64,000 bases of DNA from Styela clava (Eukaryota): contig NC_135258.1 in the NCBI RefSeq assembly GCF_964204865.1, forward strand, positions 12,586,001-12,650,000, written 5' to 3'. Every line of letters begins with the position of its first letter. The first letter of the stretch is position 1. Made by a program: the position numbers and the translations under genes. This document shows, one piece after another, positions 26,201 through 40,868 of the stretch. Below the pieces are notes generated by a model that was not told the DNA's origin, ran no database searches, and saw only the letters and a program-made list of their open reading frames with translations.

Positions 26201-29200
26201 TAAGATAACTACCGGTAGGTGTAGCTAAGAAATTGGTTATTGTAATGAAAATTATTAGAGATTTTTTCCAATATTATTTGAGATTGTGAGTAATAAGATA
26301 ACTTTATTATAACAAATGAACAATATGCACGTAGTGGTTAAATGTTTGGATTTAACAGTGCTGCAGTAATCAGTTGCTGTTTGTAAAGGGCCTTGTACAG
26401 AGCCAAAGCCATGAATGAGCGCAGAATAAAAGAAAGACCATTAAAATAATTGTTTTAAACACCAATTTCCATTATAGCAATTACAGCCATAGGTTCAATT
26501 GAATGCTGATCTCAAAAATATTTATCATTTGGAATATGTTATTTTTGGGAAAGAACAGGAGTGTTTAAAATGAATCGAATATTTGAATAAATTCACAATT
26601 GGTGATATTCGATGTAGTACATAAATGATTTAGGAAGAATTTTATTTGACAATTTATCTCTATCTGCATTGTACATTGATGACCAAACCCAAAATAGACT
26701 TCATTTAACTTTTGTCAGTTAAACAAGGTTATTCCGAATTGTTCTGCATTACCAAATTTAATCACTATCCATTTATAATATCTGCAAATTTGGCAATATT
26801 CCTTATTTGTATCGTAAATATTATTTCAGGATGTATTCAAAATAGTGACTAATTAGATTTTGTCTATTCTTGTTCAAGAGTGCATCATAAATAATGACGA
26901 ACTACCTGTTTGTTCAGCAACCATTTAAATAGCCAACCTTCCTATAAAATATATTTATTTTACTTTACAATCTGTATTTCTACAGGTCAGTGGATCGCAG
27001 AATGGTTCTATAAATTGTCATAATCTACTTTTTTCAACTGTTCATGGTTTGTATCGAGATCGTTATGCTTACAGAGAAAATCTAACTGATCTGGTCGTAC
27101 AATTACTATCAGCAGTAGATGTTGAGGATACATCAAGTGGTTCCAAAATTCATCTGAGATGTCATGATTTGATAAAGAAAATATCAATATATAAAGATAA
27201 ACTTGCTGTGAGTTAGAATTTTTTGTGTGATCTGTGTAGGAATATTATCATGAATGTCATTCTTAGCACTGAATGATTCATATGAATGTCGTTCTTTTCT
27301 TTTCTACAAATAGGACAAATAGTTAATTAAATATTTTTAATCAGTTTGAAGTCTTTTCATCAACATGTTCCTATTTTAATTAAAATTTGTGAATTTATTT
27401 TATATGGTATATATCAAGGTGGTCCAAGATTGGCAGCTCCGCGGGCCACAAAATTACTTTTGTATTGTTCGCAGGCCACAATAGTGCCAAGAACTTCGCT
27501 CGTTTAACTTCGCTAGTTGCCTCAGCAAGCCATAACACTAGTCAATTCAGTGATATTAAGGATGCAACAATATGTCAAAAGATTTTTTGGTAAATTTTAT
27601 GACGAAACAGCACGAAATGCGATTTTTTGATTCCTCTCCGAATGCGACGCGGGACACAAATAATGAAGCGACGGGCCACATGTGGTCCGCGGGCCAGGGT
27701 TTGGACCACCCTGGTATATATACTGAATGATTATGAATCATTTCTCACACTTTTCGGGGATGTTTTTTGTTGTCATCCCAAATAATCAAATTTGCATTTA
27801 TAAATGGGAAAGCAATTCAACAGACGTGTCAATCCTTTACTTGTATATCTTTTTATGGTTAGAATATTTTGTTTACTGTTAGAGGATTTTCCATTTTCAG
27901 ACAATATGTTAAAACATGTAACTATGTAACAACATAGTAGGATTTTGTATATTTATCCCCGGGTAGAGGAAAGCGAATGAGATTGCTTGATGGTACTCCT
28001 GAAGTATGTGTACCAAGATGCCGCATAACCTGAAACCTAACCTGGTACACAACTTGAGTTCAGGTTGTGCGCCATCTTGGTGCGCATACTTCAGGAGGTC
28101 CCACATATGGCGGACCATTCCAGTTACCAGTCCATCTCGGATATAGGATCAGTTAGCCAATATTCGGAAGCATGGACTTGATGATGGAGGAGCCGTAAAT
28201 GACCAGCGATTACGTGAACCACTCCACGGTGGCGAGTAGTCCAGCAATCCTCCCGCACATAACTATCCCCGCATGGGATTCGAACCTGCGAATCCACGCA
28301 GGGTAAACTGAGGTGCGGTGGTGAGCGTATTTCTATTGCTTGGCATGATGCGCCAGACTGCCGAGCCTTACATAGTGTGAATAATCTACAGTGGAATTAT
28401 TGATTCATTTATTATAAACCAGGTTCAACTGCCAGATCGAATCATCATCTATGAACTAACGGAAGATGAATCGTCGAACATGACATACAAACCCAAGCAT
28501 AAAATAATGAAAAAATTTGATTGTAATCTTCTTGTTGTCTGCACCAATAATATAGTTTTATGCAAGGTAATAGATCTAAGAATTTTCAAAGAAATGGTAG
28601 TGTGGTACAATCTTTGCCGGAGAAAAAAAGCGATCTGACAATAGATCTTTCATATACATCCTGTGTAGATGGCTTAATCATATAGTAGACCACATCCCTT
28701 CATCCCCTGACCAGTCCAATATGAGAGCGGGGTAACTGTTCCAGATTCATGGAAGTTCATGTTGCTGAAAACTGCCGCCGGTCAGTAGTTTAAATCAGAG
28801 GTGTGCAACCTTTACTACAGGAGGGCCAGATACAAATAAATGGGTGAAGCCATGGGCCACACCTCCATTTAACATAGGTTGTCTAGTAGTAGCGGCACAA
28901 AAACTTCGGTTATTGGTCCTATGACATACATTGTTCACAAGCTCAGAAATAGGCTTTGAAGCACAAAGAAATTGAAATTACTTGCACATACTAGATTAAA
29001 CGACGGTAATTTAAAACTCGTTTCGCGGGTCACACACCATTCAAATTGGAACTTCTCCACGGACCGCACAATTTTTTCCTATGGGCCGCATTTGGCCTAT
29101 AGGCCGCAGGTTGCACACCCCTGGTTTAAATGACCAACCTTCGACGACTAGGAATCCAGCAATGCCCTTGCCCATAGCTATTCTCTGTAGGGTTTCGGCT

Positions 29201-32200
29201 GTGCAATAACAAGCGTGTTTCAAACTTTTCGTACAAATGCATCAACCATAAGAGCCACCACCAACCCAAGGTTAATAGATCACTGGTCATTCTGATATTT
29301 CATTCTAATTTTTCACTGTGAACCAGGATCTGTACAAGCAACAGCTTATTCTTAAGAACCTACTATACTTGAATCTTTAGGACTAGAAACTTTCCAGCAT
29401 GACAAATTTTATAGTTCTTGGTTGTGTGATTGGGTAGAAAAAAGAGGTAATCTGGACTCGTAGCTGTAGTTCTAATCTGACAAAGCTATATTTAGCCAAC
29501 AGGTGATGGAACATCTGATTTATTGTATTAGCATGTTCAATTCCTAAAGTACTACTTGAAAGTATTTGTCCAAGAAAGGAAATAATATGGGATGGGGACC
29601 TTGAAAATAGCCTGAGTTACCGGTAGTTCCTCTGTTTCTTTACATTTTTTGTCTTGCATCAGCCCTGTGACTTCTTTGAAACAGAAACTCTACTAGTGAT
29701 TCATTTTCTGATTGCTTTTATCAGGAAGCAAATTTGACTTGTTTGTCACTGACTGGAGTTAAAGAAAGAGAATGGGTTCTTGATGCAAATATTAGATATG
29801 TGAAGGTGATTGGTGGACCACCAGGAAGAGAAGGAATGCTACTTGGATTGAAAAATGGCACTGTAAGTTGGTGTACTGGTAATTTGTATGATTTCTTACA
29901 TAGTATCATCATTTTTGTGTATTAGTTTTTATTGTCTCCCTGGATCGTGCTAATATATACCTTATGTGCGTGATTCAAAATCATATAGATTCTAAAACAT
30001 GTTTAAGTAGAATACTATTATATATAAAGCACGGACACTATACATAGATATACTACACATGGATGCAAAAATTTGTAATATATGTTAAAGATTTGTTTAT
30101 GGGCAAAAAATTAACCTGCGGATCGATTTATGGAGTTTGTTGTAGCTTTTGAATTGGTACTAGTTAAAATGTTTTCAGAAGTCTATGGCTTTTGAATTTT
30201 TTCTGCTCCCCTGAGGCTTGTTGTTTTACTCCAATTTAGAATATAATAAAAACTTTAGCCACTACATGAATTTCCGCTGATTTTTAGATCTAGCTTGTGC
30301 TCAACAAACCATATATGTTTATTATTTTAGACAAGTAAAAGTAACTAAAAAACAACTTTTAGGCTTTGATTGATTGATAAATTTGTATATCTTTGATATT
30401 AATACTACAGATTTTTACAGGTTTTGCAGATTTTTGTTGACAATCCTTTCCCAATTCAGTTGTTGAAAGTTAAGGGATCAGTGTTATGTCTGGATCTTAG
30501 TATGAGCAGAAATAAACTTGCAATTGTAAATGAAAATGCAACTCTAATGGTATATGATATCAACACAAAAGAGATTTTATTTGAGGTATGATTGTAGATT
30601 ATGAATCATATAGTTACAATTCAAGATTTATTGTTAGCCTCTGAATCTGAAGTATCGCTAAAGTAATGTATTCGAGTATAGGAGATGGATCTTTAATCAA
30701 AATTGCTGAAGGTATTGGAACTTTTAGGTTTTTGATACCTGCATAAAATGGGAAAAAATAATAAAGTGACATTGTTTTTACAACTCTGCATCATAAAATC
30801 ATATCCCTGCTATTATACACTAATTTGAATATGTTGTCTGCCCCCATTGAAACTAAATTAGGTTCCAGTACTCAAATGTAACTATCTGCAAGACTATTTT
30901 AGATATAATCTAAATCATGGAATGAAATCCCAATTTATCAAGTACAATCAATAGCAAATGCATAATGATTATTTAAAATACCGTTATTTTTAAAATACTT
31001 CACACGAAAAAATATTTCAACGTATATGTAATATCTATTTTAATCTTATACCAATCACAAAATACCATCTGATGGCGATACATATAAGCAAATTTTCTAT
31101 CATGAACAAAACCTTTTATTTGTAAATATTTCAATAAACCTTAAGTCTTAAGAATTCGAGGAGTTTACAAAAAATGCCCTCATATTATAACAGTTCACTT
31201 CCATTTCTGTTGTATAAATTTGACTATATAGGCTTTATTAATGTTTTATCTAGTGGTTCCCAACCTTTCCACTCTGGCGGACCGGTTAAATTAAATTAAA
31301 TGTACTCATGGACCGACAAACAATTGAAATGACCAAAACAGAAAAGAATAACATATATTTGCGTAATATAATGCAATGTCAGGCACTCAATATTCTCACG
31401 AAGAAAAACTATCAAATAATATGCCGGCTTAAAATTGAAATGGGTGAAACATAAAATAATACCATATATTTGCATAATGAAATGCGGTGCTGGGCACCCG
31501 TTATGCGTAAGAAAGGCACGCATAAAACATCTCGCATAAAAAAACATGTACATGCCAAATCATGTACAATCACAATTACCTTTTGTGAGAATATTTTGCT
31601 GTTTCGTTTCCAATATAGGATTGCAAACGAGGCCTCAGAGAAGTTTCTGCAACGCTTAGCTCTGCAGCGGCGTGGAGCCGATTTCTTTGATTCGTTTTAA
31701 TTATAGCTAGTGATGAAAAGGTTTTTTCATATAACTACCAGTAAGTAACTGGTTGAAAATACGGACAACAATATGATTGCTCGATTACTTAGCAATGGGT
31801 ATTCGTTATCAAGAGGTATCCAAAATTGTGTCAAGTAATTCTTTTTTAAATTTGGACTGTAAAGTAGAATAAAAATTTCAATCAAGCTTTTTCATCGAGT
31901 TCATCATATCAATATTAATCCTCTGCAGTTGATTGACGCTTCAAACAAAATGAATTTACATTACAATGACAAAGTCATCGGTAACTTGGCACCAGGCTCA
32001 AAATCCTAATGTGTCTGCTCAAAAGCGATTGAGACGGCATAAAAACAACAAAATTTTCTTGCGGACCGGTAAAAAAGCTTCGCGGACCGGCACCGGGAAC
32101 CACTGTTTGGGAACCACTCTTTTATACAACACAGTCATGATTGCTTAGCAATGCTTACAAGAAATTATATCTATTTCCTCTTTTTTTTTATTTCAAATAG

Positions 32201-35200
32201 GAAAAAGATGCAAACAGTGTTGCATGGAACACACAGAATGAAGACATGCTATGTTATTCTGGAAAAGGAATGCTGAGTATCAAAGCTGGAAATTTTCCTG
32301 CACATCAACGTAAAATGCAAGGATATGTTGTGGGATATTGTGGATCTCGTATTTTCTGTCTTCATATTCATGCTATGCGGGCTGTTGATGTGCCACAATC
32401 TGCACCAATGTATCAATATTTGGAAAGAAAAATGTTTGAGTGAGTTGAATTTAAATTTTGAGAGAATTGGTTACAGAATTATACCTATGTTGGCAAGTTG
32501 TAGCTTTTGGATTCATACTCCATGCTTATCCATGGTTAAGTTGCATAGCAATATTTTATACATATTTATGGGCACAATATAGTCTATTTAAACTGCATAA
32601 AAGCTCAAGTGTGACCTGTGTGTAACGCTAGATAAGAATCCGACAACGATTGGGAAAATACCGAAAACAAAGTTTTTAGAATTGCGAGGGAGTGATAAAT
32701 AAATCCAAAATATCGAAAAAGGTTGAAAAACACTGGTGTTATATATTGTTCAGGCACTGCTGAATTTGTTCTAGCTCTATATCGGTAAATGCTCATACAA
32801 AGCATTGTTTGGCATTAAGGTTCGAAACCATATATAAAAAAAGATAAGGATTTCAGGTTCAAAATCGATGTCCACTATTTCCCCCCATGGTGTAGTAGAT
32901 TGAGTATTCAATATCAAATTAAAAAAATTCTGATTCTTTAAAAATAGTTGCTCATTAGGTATCAGTGACTGTTAACACAGAAATCTGTTTGAATTTAAGA
33001 TGTGAGAATTCAATCATAAAGGGAAACTTACTATACGATCACTATTGTTAAATTTTTAAGGTTTGTTTTAAAATTTGATATATTACCACAAAGAAATTTT
33101 GGAATATCAATTATTGAGTATGGCCATTTATAATTGATTTTTAACTGTGCACTGAATACATTATACATACATTATAAACATGATAATATGATCTGATTCT
33201 AAAACATAATCCAAGCTTTAATTGATTGATTTATTCTACAGTGAAGCCTATAAAATAGCATGTCTTGGCGTAACCTCCGGCGATTGGACAAACCTTGCAC
33301 TTCATGCATTGGAAGGATTGAATTTTGAAGTATCGAAAAGAGCTTTCACAAGAACTCGAGATCTTAGATATTTGGAGTTGATACACAATATTGAGGTAAG
33401 AGTAGGGATAGCTTTTTAAAAATTTATTATCGTTGACTTAATTTGATAACTTATTGTATGGTTTGACTATTGGAGGATAGTTTGGATCTTTTTAAATAAG
33501 ATTGTTTAATATCGATGATAAATAAAGCACAACCGGTGTTAGCAAAACGATTTATTTATCATTGATATGAATATACCTGGTGGCAATCGTGCGCTATTCA
33601 AGATTGTTTAATGTTATCATAAGATCTGAAAATTAATTTTCATTTTTAACACAGTATTCTCGTACTAGTGAGTTAGCTAGTACCCTATGTAGTGATCAAT
33701 AGTCGACCAAATTTTTTGTCAAATGTCTGATTTTTGTATAATAGTTGATGATTGTATGGAGGTAAAATATTAAATGGGATTTATTTTTAGGAACGTCAAC
33801 GGCGCGGTGAAGAAGATCTGGAAGCTTTTCTTGCTGATGTGTATGCTTATCGAGGAATGTTTTCTGAGGCAGCTAAACTTTATAAGAAAACCGGAAATCA
33901 ACAAAAAGCACTTGATATGTACACTGATTTGAGAATGTTCGATCTAGCTAAGGTATTTATTGATATTAGTTTCATAAATCAACATCTTCAAATCTAAATC
34001 ACATCAATTGATGCAGCTTGTTTTAGAGATTAATTATACTCAAATTAGATTCAAATTTCTTTTTTCTACAATTACTTCCTTTTTGCAGGAATTCGTTGGA
34101 TCTGGTGATCCTATGGAACAAAAGCAGTTAATTGCAAAGCAAGCTGATTGGGCGCAAAATACAAATGAACCAAGAGAAGCTGCTAACATGTACCTTGCTG
34201 CAGGCGAGAATCTCAAAGCTATAAATATTATTGGTAGAAATGGATGGATTGATATGTAAGTGTTATATGAACCAATGCGTCAACATTTATCCTTACAGGC
34301 AGGACACTGTTGATATTGGAGTTGTTTGCTGCTCAATTCTACTTGAGTCAAATTTCAGAACTTTTTTTTTCATAAAGTCATCATCAAGTCACTTTGGTCA
34401 ATTTTCATTTTTTTGAATACATATCATGAAAGGACAATTTTGACCTTGTCTGTATAGCAAATCACTCAAGTTTTTGAATCAAATACCATGTGTTCATCCT
34501 AATCTAGTAATTGAATGATTGACTTAAGTTTATTCAATTTATTTAAAATAAAGTTGAGCCAAAGAACCTTTGAAAAAGGGGAGTCTATTTGAGACTGGAG
34601 TCATCCAAATCCTTATCTTGATCAAGAGAAAGCAAGAGAACAAATACCTTTTCTATTTAAAACTTTCCTCGTGGAAAAGATAGAAACACTTGCATTGAGA
34701 GACAGTTACACACATGCCTGCAAAGTAATGCACTCCTGCCATGAACTTTATTAGGAACCGAACTGTATTAAGCTGAGAGAGAGTTGTATGGAAAACTAAG
34801 ATAATAAATCACAATGAAGTGTGAATTGTTAAAATCAATAAAACATATGGTATATTCTTTTCCCAGATTTTGTTAGATTTTTACTGCATGTATTCACGGT
34901 ATTTTTTTCTGGACTTTTGCCAAACCCCGGGACAACTCAGTGAACCCCAGATGTACAATCTAACCCAGGTTAAGAGCCATTTTTTCAAGCAGTACCACCA
35001 TACTATCAGAAAAGTATGTTGAAGAAAAAAATGAATTTGATAATATAAATTCTTTTAGCCTGCTTCTAAGAGATTATTATATGTTTTTCGTAGGTTGATT
35101 GATGTAGCACGTGGATTAGATAAAGCTGACCGTGAACCGCTTTCTCGTTGTGCACATTTTTTGAAAGTTCTACAACAATATGCATATTGTGCTGAAGTTT

Positions 35201-38200
35201 ATAATAAGATGGGAGACAGAAGATCGTTGATTGAACTCCATGTTGATACTAAATCTTGGGAGGAGGTTTGTGTTCTTTTTTATATTTAAATTCCAGCTGC
35301 CAAATTTACAAAACGTAAATTCTTGCAATCGACTAACACGAACGCAGACAGATAAGCCTAGGAGAGTTGTAGAGAAACAATACTCTAACCAAGTACATTT
35401 TATATAAAGCTGTTCTATATTTTTTCTTTACTATAGGCATTTGCACTTGCTGAAAAATATCCTGAATACAAAGATGAAGTTTACGTTCCATATGCTCGAT
35501 GGTTGGCTGAACATGATAGATTTGAAGAATCACAAAAAGGTCATTATCAATTTTTTTCAATATTGTTGGTAGAAAGTAATAGCTTAATCTCATAGATTGT
35601 ACATTGTGCGCAACTAATTGCAACTGTATCACTTGCATTTCATTGTGTGTAGGAGTATTTTATTTTAAAATAACTCCATTGTTGCCATTGAGAATTTTAT
35701 CAATCTAAATTTGTTGCAACATTGGTAGGCGTTCTAATTCAAGTTTCCAGAAACCTCTTGGTTTCTCATTTGCTTGACATCAAGCAATGTATGATATGTA
35801 GCTCATTATACGTGTATACGAATATACTTGATATTGGAATAATAGCTAAAGTTCGATTTGATATTTATAGAATTTTTCTAGAAGAACTCAAAATATCAGA
35901 ATGATGGAAATGTCTATATACAGGTCACAAGCTTGTGTCCATAGTTTAATGGTTCACTTTATCTGCTTTCCTCTTACGGTTTGGTCACCTCTTTGTTCTC
36001 TATATATTTCAGCTTTCCACAAGGCAGGCAAGACCACAGAAGCTTTACATGTTTTGGGTCAACTTACCAGCAATGCTGTAAATGAAAGCAGATACAATGA
36101 TGCCGGTTATTATTATTGGATGCTATCAATGCAATGCTTGGATATTGCAAGAGGTAATAATGTATTGATTATCTGTAATTATTTTAATGAATTTAGTTAC
36201 AGTATGCATTCTACGGTTTGAGAAGAAAAAATTTCAGTATCGTTTTATTTTGTTAAAGTTGTTACTTGTGGTGAAATTGAAATCCATCATATCTTTATCT
36301 AAGAGATTGTTAGTATTGCAAAAAATCTAAAATACAATTTTAGAATCTCACCATGTTGTTATGACTTATAATGATCTATTTTTAATGGTTTTTCATCAGA
36401 GGTAGATTTTACCCACCTACCTAATCATGATATGAGCACATTTTGTTCATTAAATTTTGATGTAAATCATGATTACAATGCAAAAAAGATTGAAGGTAAA
36501 AACAAAAATGTCTTTGGCTTATTCACGTCTCACCCACTTACTCTATTATTTTGGTTAATTATTGGATTCTCTTAATTATAATTCCAGAACATCCAGAAAA
36601 AACTGAAGAAATGATTGAAAAATTTGAAGAATATAGGAAGTTAGGAGAAATGTATTATGCTTATCACTCGATACATACTTACACAGTAAGTAATATAAGA
36701 AATTGATAGTTTTTTTTTTATATTCATTGTTACTTGCGCGACGTACATATTGGTGTAAACTTATAACTGAATTTAGATTTGTAAACATAGCTTATGATAA
36801 AAAAAAACAATTTAAAATGTGTTTACATTTTTGTTCATTCTATCATTTCCAACTGTAGTTATATTGTGAATGTACCACACTGCTGCAAATTGCTTGAAAA
36901 CCATAACCAAATATATAATTATCATATCTGAAATAAGTCAACTTGTGACTTTTGACTAGTTAAACACACGTACCGTATTTGTGTTTTGCCTATTTAATGT
37001 AAGTTAGTTTTCATTTTAATATGTAATATATTTATCATTCATTTCACAGGATGAACCATTCACATCTCATTTGCCTGAAGCTCTGTTCAATATAGCAAGA
37101 TATCTGGTTCATCAAATGTCAACACGATCTCCACCTCCTCGTGTTTCTAAAGTGTAAGATCAAGTTTTTTGGTGGAACATACTCGTAATATATTCTATGA
37201 ATCATAATATCAAACTGCGCTCTAGGGACTGAAACCTATGGGCAGGGGTTATATTTACTTGGGTAACACAGATAGTCCCCGAACTCAGAAATGAAAATCA
37301 GAATAAAATTATGGCCTAACCCAGTACATATACTATGGAAGTACCCAAATTTCATTATAAAAAAAGTAACTTTGATTTAATTGGTTTTTAAAAACCGTTT
37401 CGGTATAATAGTCCATGCATTTGAAAAGTAATTGGTTAACGACTCTCATAACTAGCTTGAACTGGTAACCGGACTAGAGGTTCAAGGACCATTTCAACAC
37501 ATTCTTTTCCATAGGCTATATATGAAAATCCCATCCTGTCTTAATATTAATTTCAAAATTATTGTCAATCAAGTAATTTGAGAAATAATCTAAAATTATT
37601 AAACTAGCCTTAAACTAATTGCAGCAGCAAGGTGAGGGCTTTCAATTTAATTTACTTTTGAAGACTGAGATCCTGAGAAAAAAAAAAGCCTACCCACTTA
37701 TCCAAATGCAATTTGATCATATCTATCGTTCACCATAAATTATTTTTCTGCGGTTAGGCCATACTTTTTATATTTTATATCCTTATAAGGCCTAGGACTT
37801 AAAATATATATTTTTGTTCTATAGTGCTACATGGTATGCATTAGCAAAGCAAGGACGATACCTACATGCATATAAGTTGGCAAGATATGCTTATGAAAAA
37901 TTGCAGAAATTGAGATTACCTTTAAGATTTCAAGATGCAATTGATCTGGCTTCTGTGACTATCAGATCTAAACCATTCAATGATAATGAGGTATGGCTAT
38001 TCATTTCTATTTGATCAATGGCCATTTTTGTTTTTCTTTTATGATATTTATTTTGTTTGTCTGCCTATAGGACTGCATTAATAAATCAATCTCCAATGAA
38101 TCAATAGTTATATAATTGCCTCACTTAGCTAGTACTTCTTTCCCATCAATCATCTTAAATCATTCGCAAACTCACATTTCGATTAAAAGAATCCATAACA

Positions 38201-40399
38201 GTTCATTGAACTGTTTTTTTCTGGTTACTAAAATCAGTCATTTTTTTAACTCGGAATAATAGATTATGGTTGTTCATCTTAGTTTCAAATCTTACTACTT
38301 TGCTACCCCATATATTTAAGTGAAACATGAGTTATCTCTATTCCTCACGTTTCACTACTTTCAATTAACAGGATTTGCAACACACATGCTTGAAATGCTC
38401 AACAACTAACCCAGTGTTAAACCCCAGAGGTGATTTCTGTGTTAATTGTCAACAACCATTCGTTCATTCATTTTCTTCGTTTGGTAAGTCTTTCATTTTC
38501 TGATGACTCCGCAAATGCTCCATGTTTTGGGCCACTAAGTTAATAGACAGTCAATACAACTTTGCATACTCATTCCTTATGCTGTTTTGTTATAGCCTAA
38601 CCTGCTCAATTCATTATCTCTGAAGATAGGGGGGGCTGAATCAGGGGCATACCCAGACGGATGGTTTTGCGGGTCGGAATCTACCCCCCTTAAAATGTGT
38701 TAAAAATGCGTATCATTCATAGCACCGCTTCATAGCTTAAAGCGTTTTTTAAAATCTCAAGACTCAGCCCACGTTTCCCCGGCCTCTAGCCAGGCCCTCT
38801 GGCTGTCATAGTCTAACTTGGCTATTCAAAATTTCAGAGCGCCCTTTGACAATTCCTGGCTATGCCGCTGGTTGATATCACCTGTAATTCTGTGACGTTG
38901 TGATTATCCTAGTCCCATTTTCTATATTGTCCAATTTATGAAAATTTACCATTTGGAAAATTAGAGTATGATGTGATTTTAAACAAGTCTTGAGGATTTA
39001 GATATTAATATTTTTGTGGGTTTCTTGATTTACTATTCAAACAAATTGGTCTGCTATATTGAAGATATAATATAGAAGTATGTTGATAGATGAATGAAGA
39101 CTAATTAATTATTCGCATATACCTTTTATTAGTAAAATGACGAAATTACTTTTTAGAAATTCTTCCGCTTGTTGAATTTCACCTTGAGGATGGAGTACGA
39201 GATGAAGAAGTTGAAATGCTGCTTGGAACTGATTCTAGACTTGATGGAACAAATAATAATGAATGGAGTTCAGCAGATGGAACTGCACAAGTGCTTAGAA
39301 TGGATTCAGATGAATCTTCTGACCCTTTTACTTCCGATTTTATTAACGAGGTAAATTGCTTGGCATTGTAGGTTTCACATCCTGGGTTCAAATCCCATGC
39401 TGAACTGTAACAGCGTCTGACCATTCTAAAAAATTAGTAGCTCCTCACCATCGTTACATAACATTGGTTGCTTGTAAGGAACCTTTGTTCAAATCGGAAG
39501 GCGTGAATAATACAATATAATTATGCAGTTTTCATTCTTGGTTAAATATTAAAATGCTAACGAGTATAATATTGAAGCGTCATGTATGTTGTTGGTGAAG
39601 CAAGTCATAATGGCCAGTGCTTACTCTACCACACTGCAATTTGAGCTCAAAGTGATTTTTTTGTATGATGAAAAGAATTTTACATATGTTTTTTTATTTG
39701 TTTTATGAATAAACAAAATTGGGGCGGTATATTAGCATTGAAAACGAACACTGGACTATACACTTACCTATACAAAAATTATTTCTCAGGGCGATAAATA
39801 TGTTCCTGTCATTGTGTCACATTCCACATTAAGATCTTTGTCTCGTCGTGAAGTCATCATTAGGAAATGGCCTAAACCATTACGCTGGCAATTCTTCAAA
39901 AACTGTCTGCCTGATGTTCCTATTTCTATTTGCGATTCATGCTTGCAGGTTGGATGCTTTTTATTTGTGATATTATCAAGTGTATATGTCATATTTAACC
40001 AATGATTGATTGAGATTCATATTTATACAAATGGGGGAAAGATGATAAGGCAACTTAGTCATATTGCAGACAAGATCTCTTGTCCAGCATGTATGGTAAC
40101 AGTCAACCAGTAAATTGTACTTTGTGCATAAATTTGAATAGTGAAGGAAACTGTAACCAATGAGGGAGTACTATTAACTGCCTCCGACAATAATCTTGTT
40201 CAACATAATTATTCCCCATGGAACTTTAAACATGCAATTTCATATTTGAATGATGTGTCAGTCTCTTAAACAGATTTTTATTTTATTTTAGATGTTTCAC
40301 ACTGATGATTATGAATTAATGGTTCTTCAAAAACAGCAATGTCCGTTCTGCAGAAAACCTACAGAAGATCGAATAGAGGAGGAAAAAATTGATTTATAA
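20253..40399 (+). CDS. IFT122: Intraflagellar transport protein 122 (IFT-A), 26 coding exons
   Basis: Exons start at about 20253, 20477, 22682, 23168, 23337, 24075, 24580, 25926, 26986, 28423, 29725, 30421, 32201, 33242, 33791, 34089, 35094, 35437, 36013, 36588, 37050, 37824, 38372, 39157, 39790 and 40292. They join in phase via GT-AG and give IFT122 motifs ([42 protein letters not shown]-terminal CPFCR). Confidence 0.95.
20798..22387. mobile_element. Non-autonomous hAT (Ac-type) element in IFT122 intron 2
   Basis: TIR TAGGGATGGGCAAT/ATTGCCCATCCCTA; perfect 8-bp TSD GCTGCAAG; internal ~153-bp tandem duplication at 21441-21735. Confidence 0.9.
23579..23935 (+). mobile_element. hAT MITE (CAGGGGTGTGCAACC family)
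   Basis: TIRs CAGGGGTGTGCAACC/GGTTGCACACCCTTG; TSD ACCTAAGG/AACTAAGG; inverted sister copy at 28796-29123. Confidence 0.85.
25122..25869 (+). mobile_element. hAT non-autonomous element, ~750 bp
   Basis: CAGGGGT..ACCCCTG termini; perfect TSD CCTTAGAT; sister copy at 52677-53461. Confidence 0.85.
27415..27713. mobile_element. hAT MITE, ~300 bp
   Basis: TIR CAAGGTGGTCCAA/TTGGACCACCCTG; perfect TSD GTATATAT; end fragment also at 54567-54603. Confidence 0.85.
27938..28362 (-). mobile_element. tRNA-derived SINE carrying a nested palindromic MITE (27992-28101)
   Basis: Colinear with 5466-5800, including GGGATTCGAACCTGCG, apart from the 110-bp hairpin insert. Confidence 0.85.
28796..29123 (-). mobile_element. 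hAT MITE inserted in an old SINE copy (~28650-29225)
   Basis: Inverted copy of 23579-23935; perfect TSD GTTTAAAT; SINE-like sequence resumes on both sides. Confidence 0.85.
31251..32119 (+). mobile_element. hAT-like non-autonomous element (AGTGGTTCCCAA family)
   Basis: TAGTGGTTCCCAA..TTGGGAACCACT termini; body homologous to 41440-42190 and 43029-44020. Confidence 0.8.
38642..38870. mobile_element. Degenerate MITE
   Basis: Imperfect TIR CAGGGGCATACCCAG/CTGGCTATGCCGCTG. Confidence 0.55.
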
Positions 40400-40868
40400 A
40401 TTAGTTCGTATATCACAATCACTTCACGGAAGCCGAATTTGTATGTTAGTTGTCTGTTCATACCCAGGAAATAAATTGCCAATCAGTGCTCAAAAGATTA
40501 TCAATTATTAAAGGGTTAATATAAGCATTGTGAAATTCTGGTTTGTGGTATTATAGTGGTTTCGGCCCCATGTTATATTTTTGCACATTTTGTCTCGTAA
40601 ATTCTATTGAAGTTGAATTAATTAACTTTAATATTCATTGATTTGTTGATATCACATGGCTTTCTCATTGCGTAGTTATAATTGCTATTGATCCAGCTTG
40701 CTTTCAGTTCTGTCTGCCCTAGCAGCATAACACGTTTTCCTTTGCGGTACTTACCGGAAATGCAAATCAGACTGTATTTTCTATAGATTTGCGTGTTCAA
40801 AAGTTATGTAATTTGTTATAGGCGCACATAAATACAGCTGAGTTCTGTAAACTACCTGAAGGCAATAA

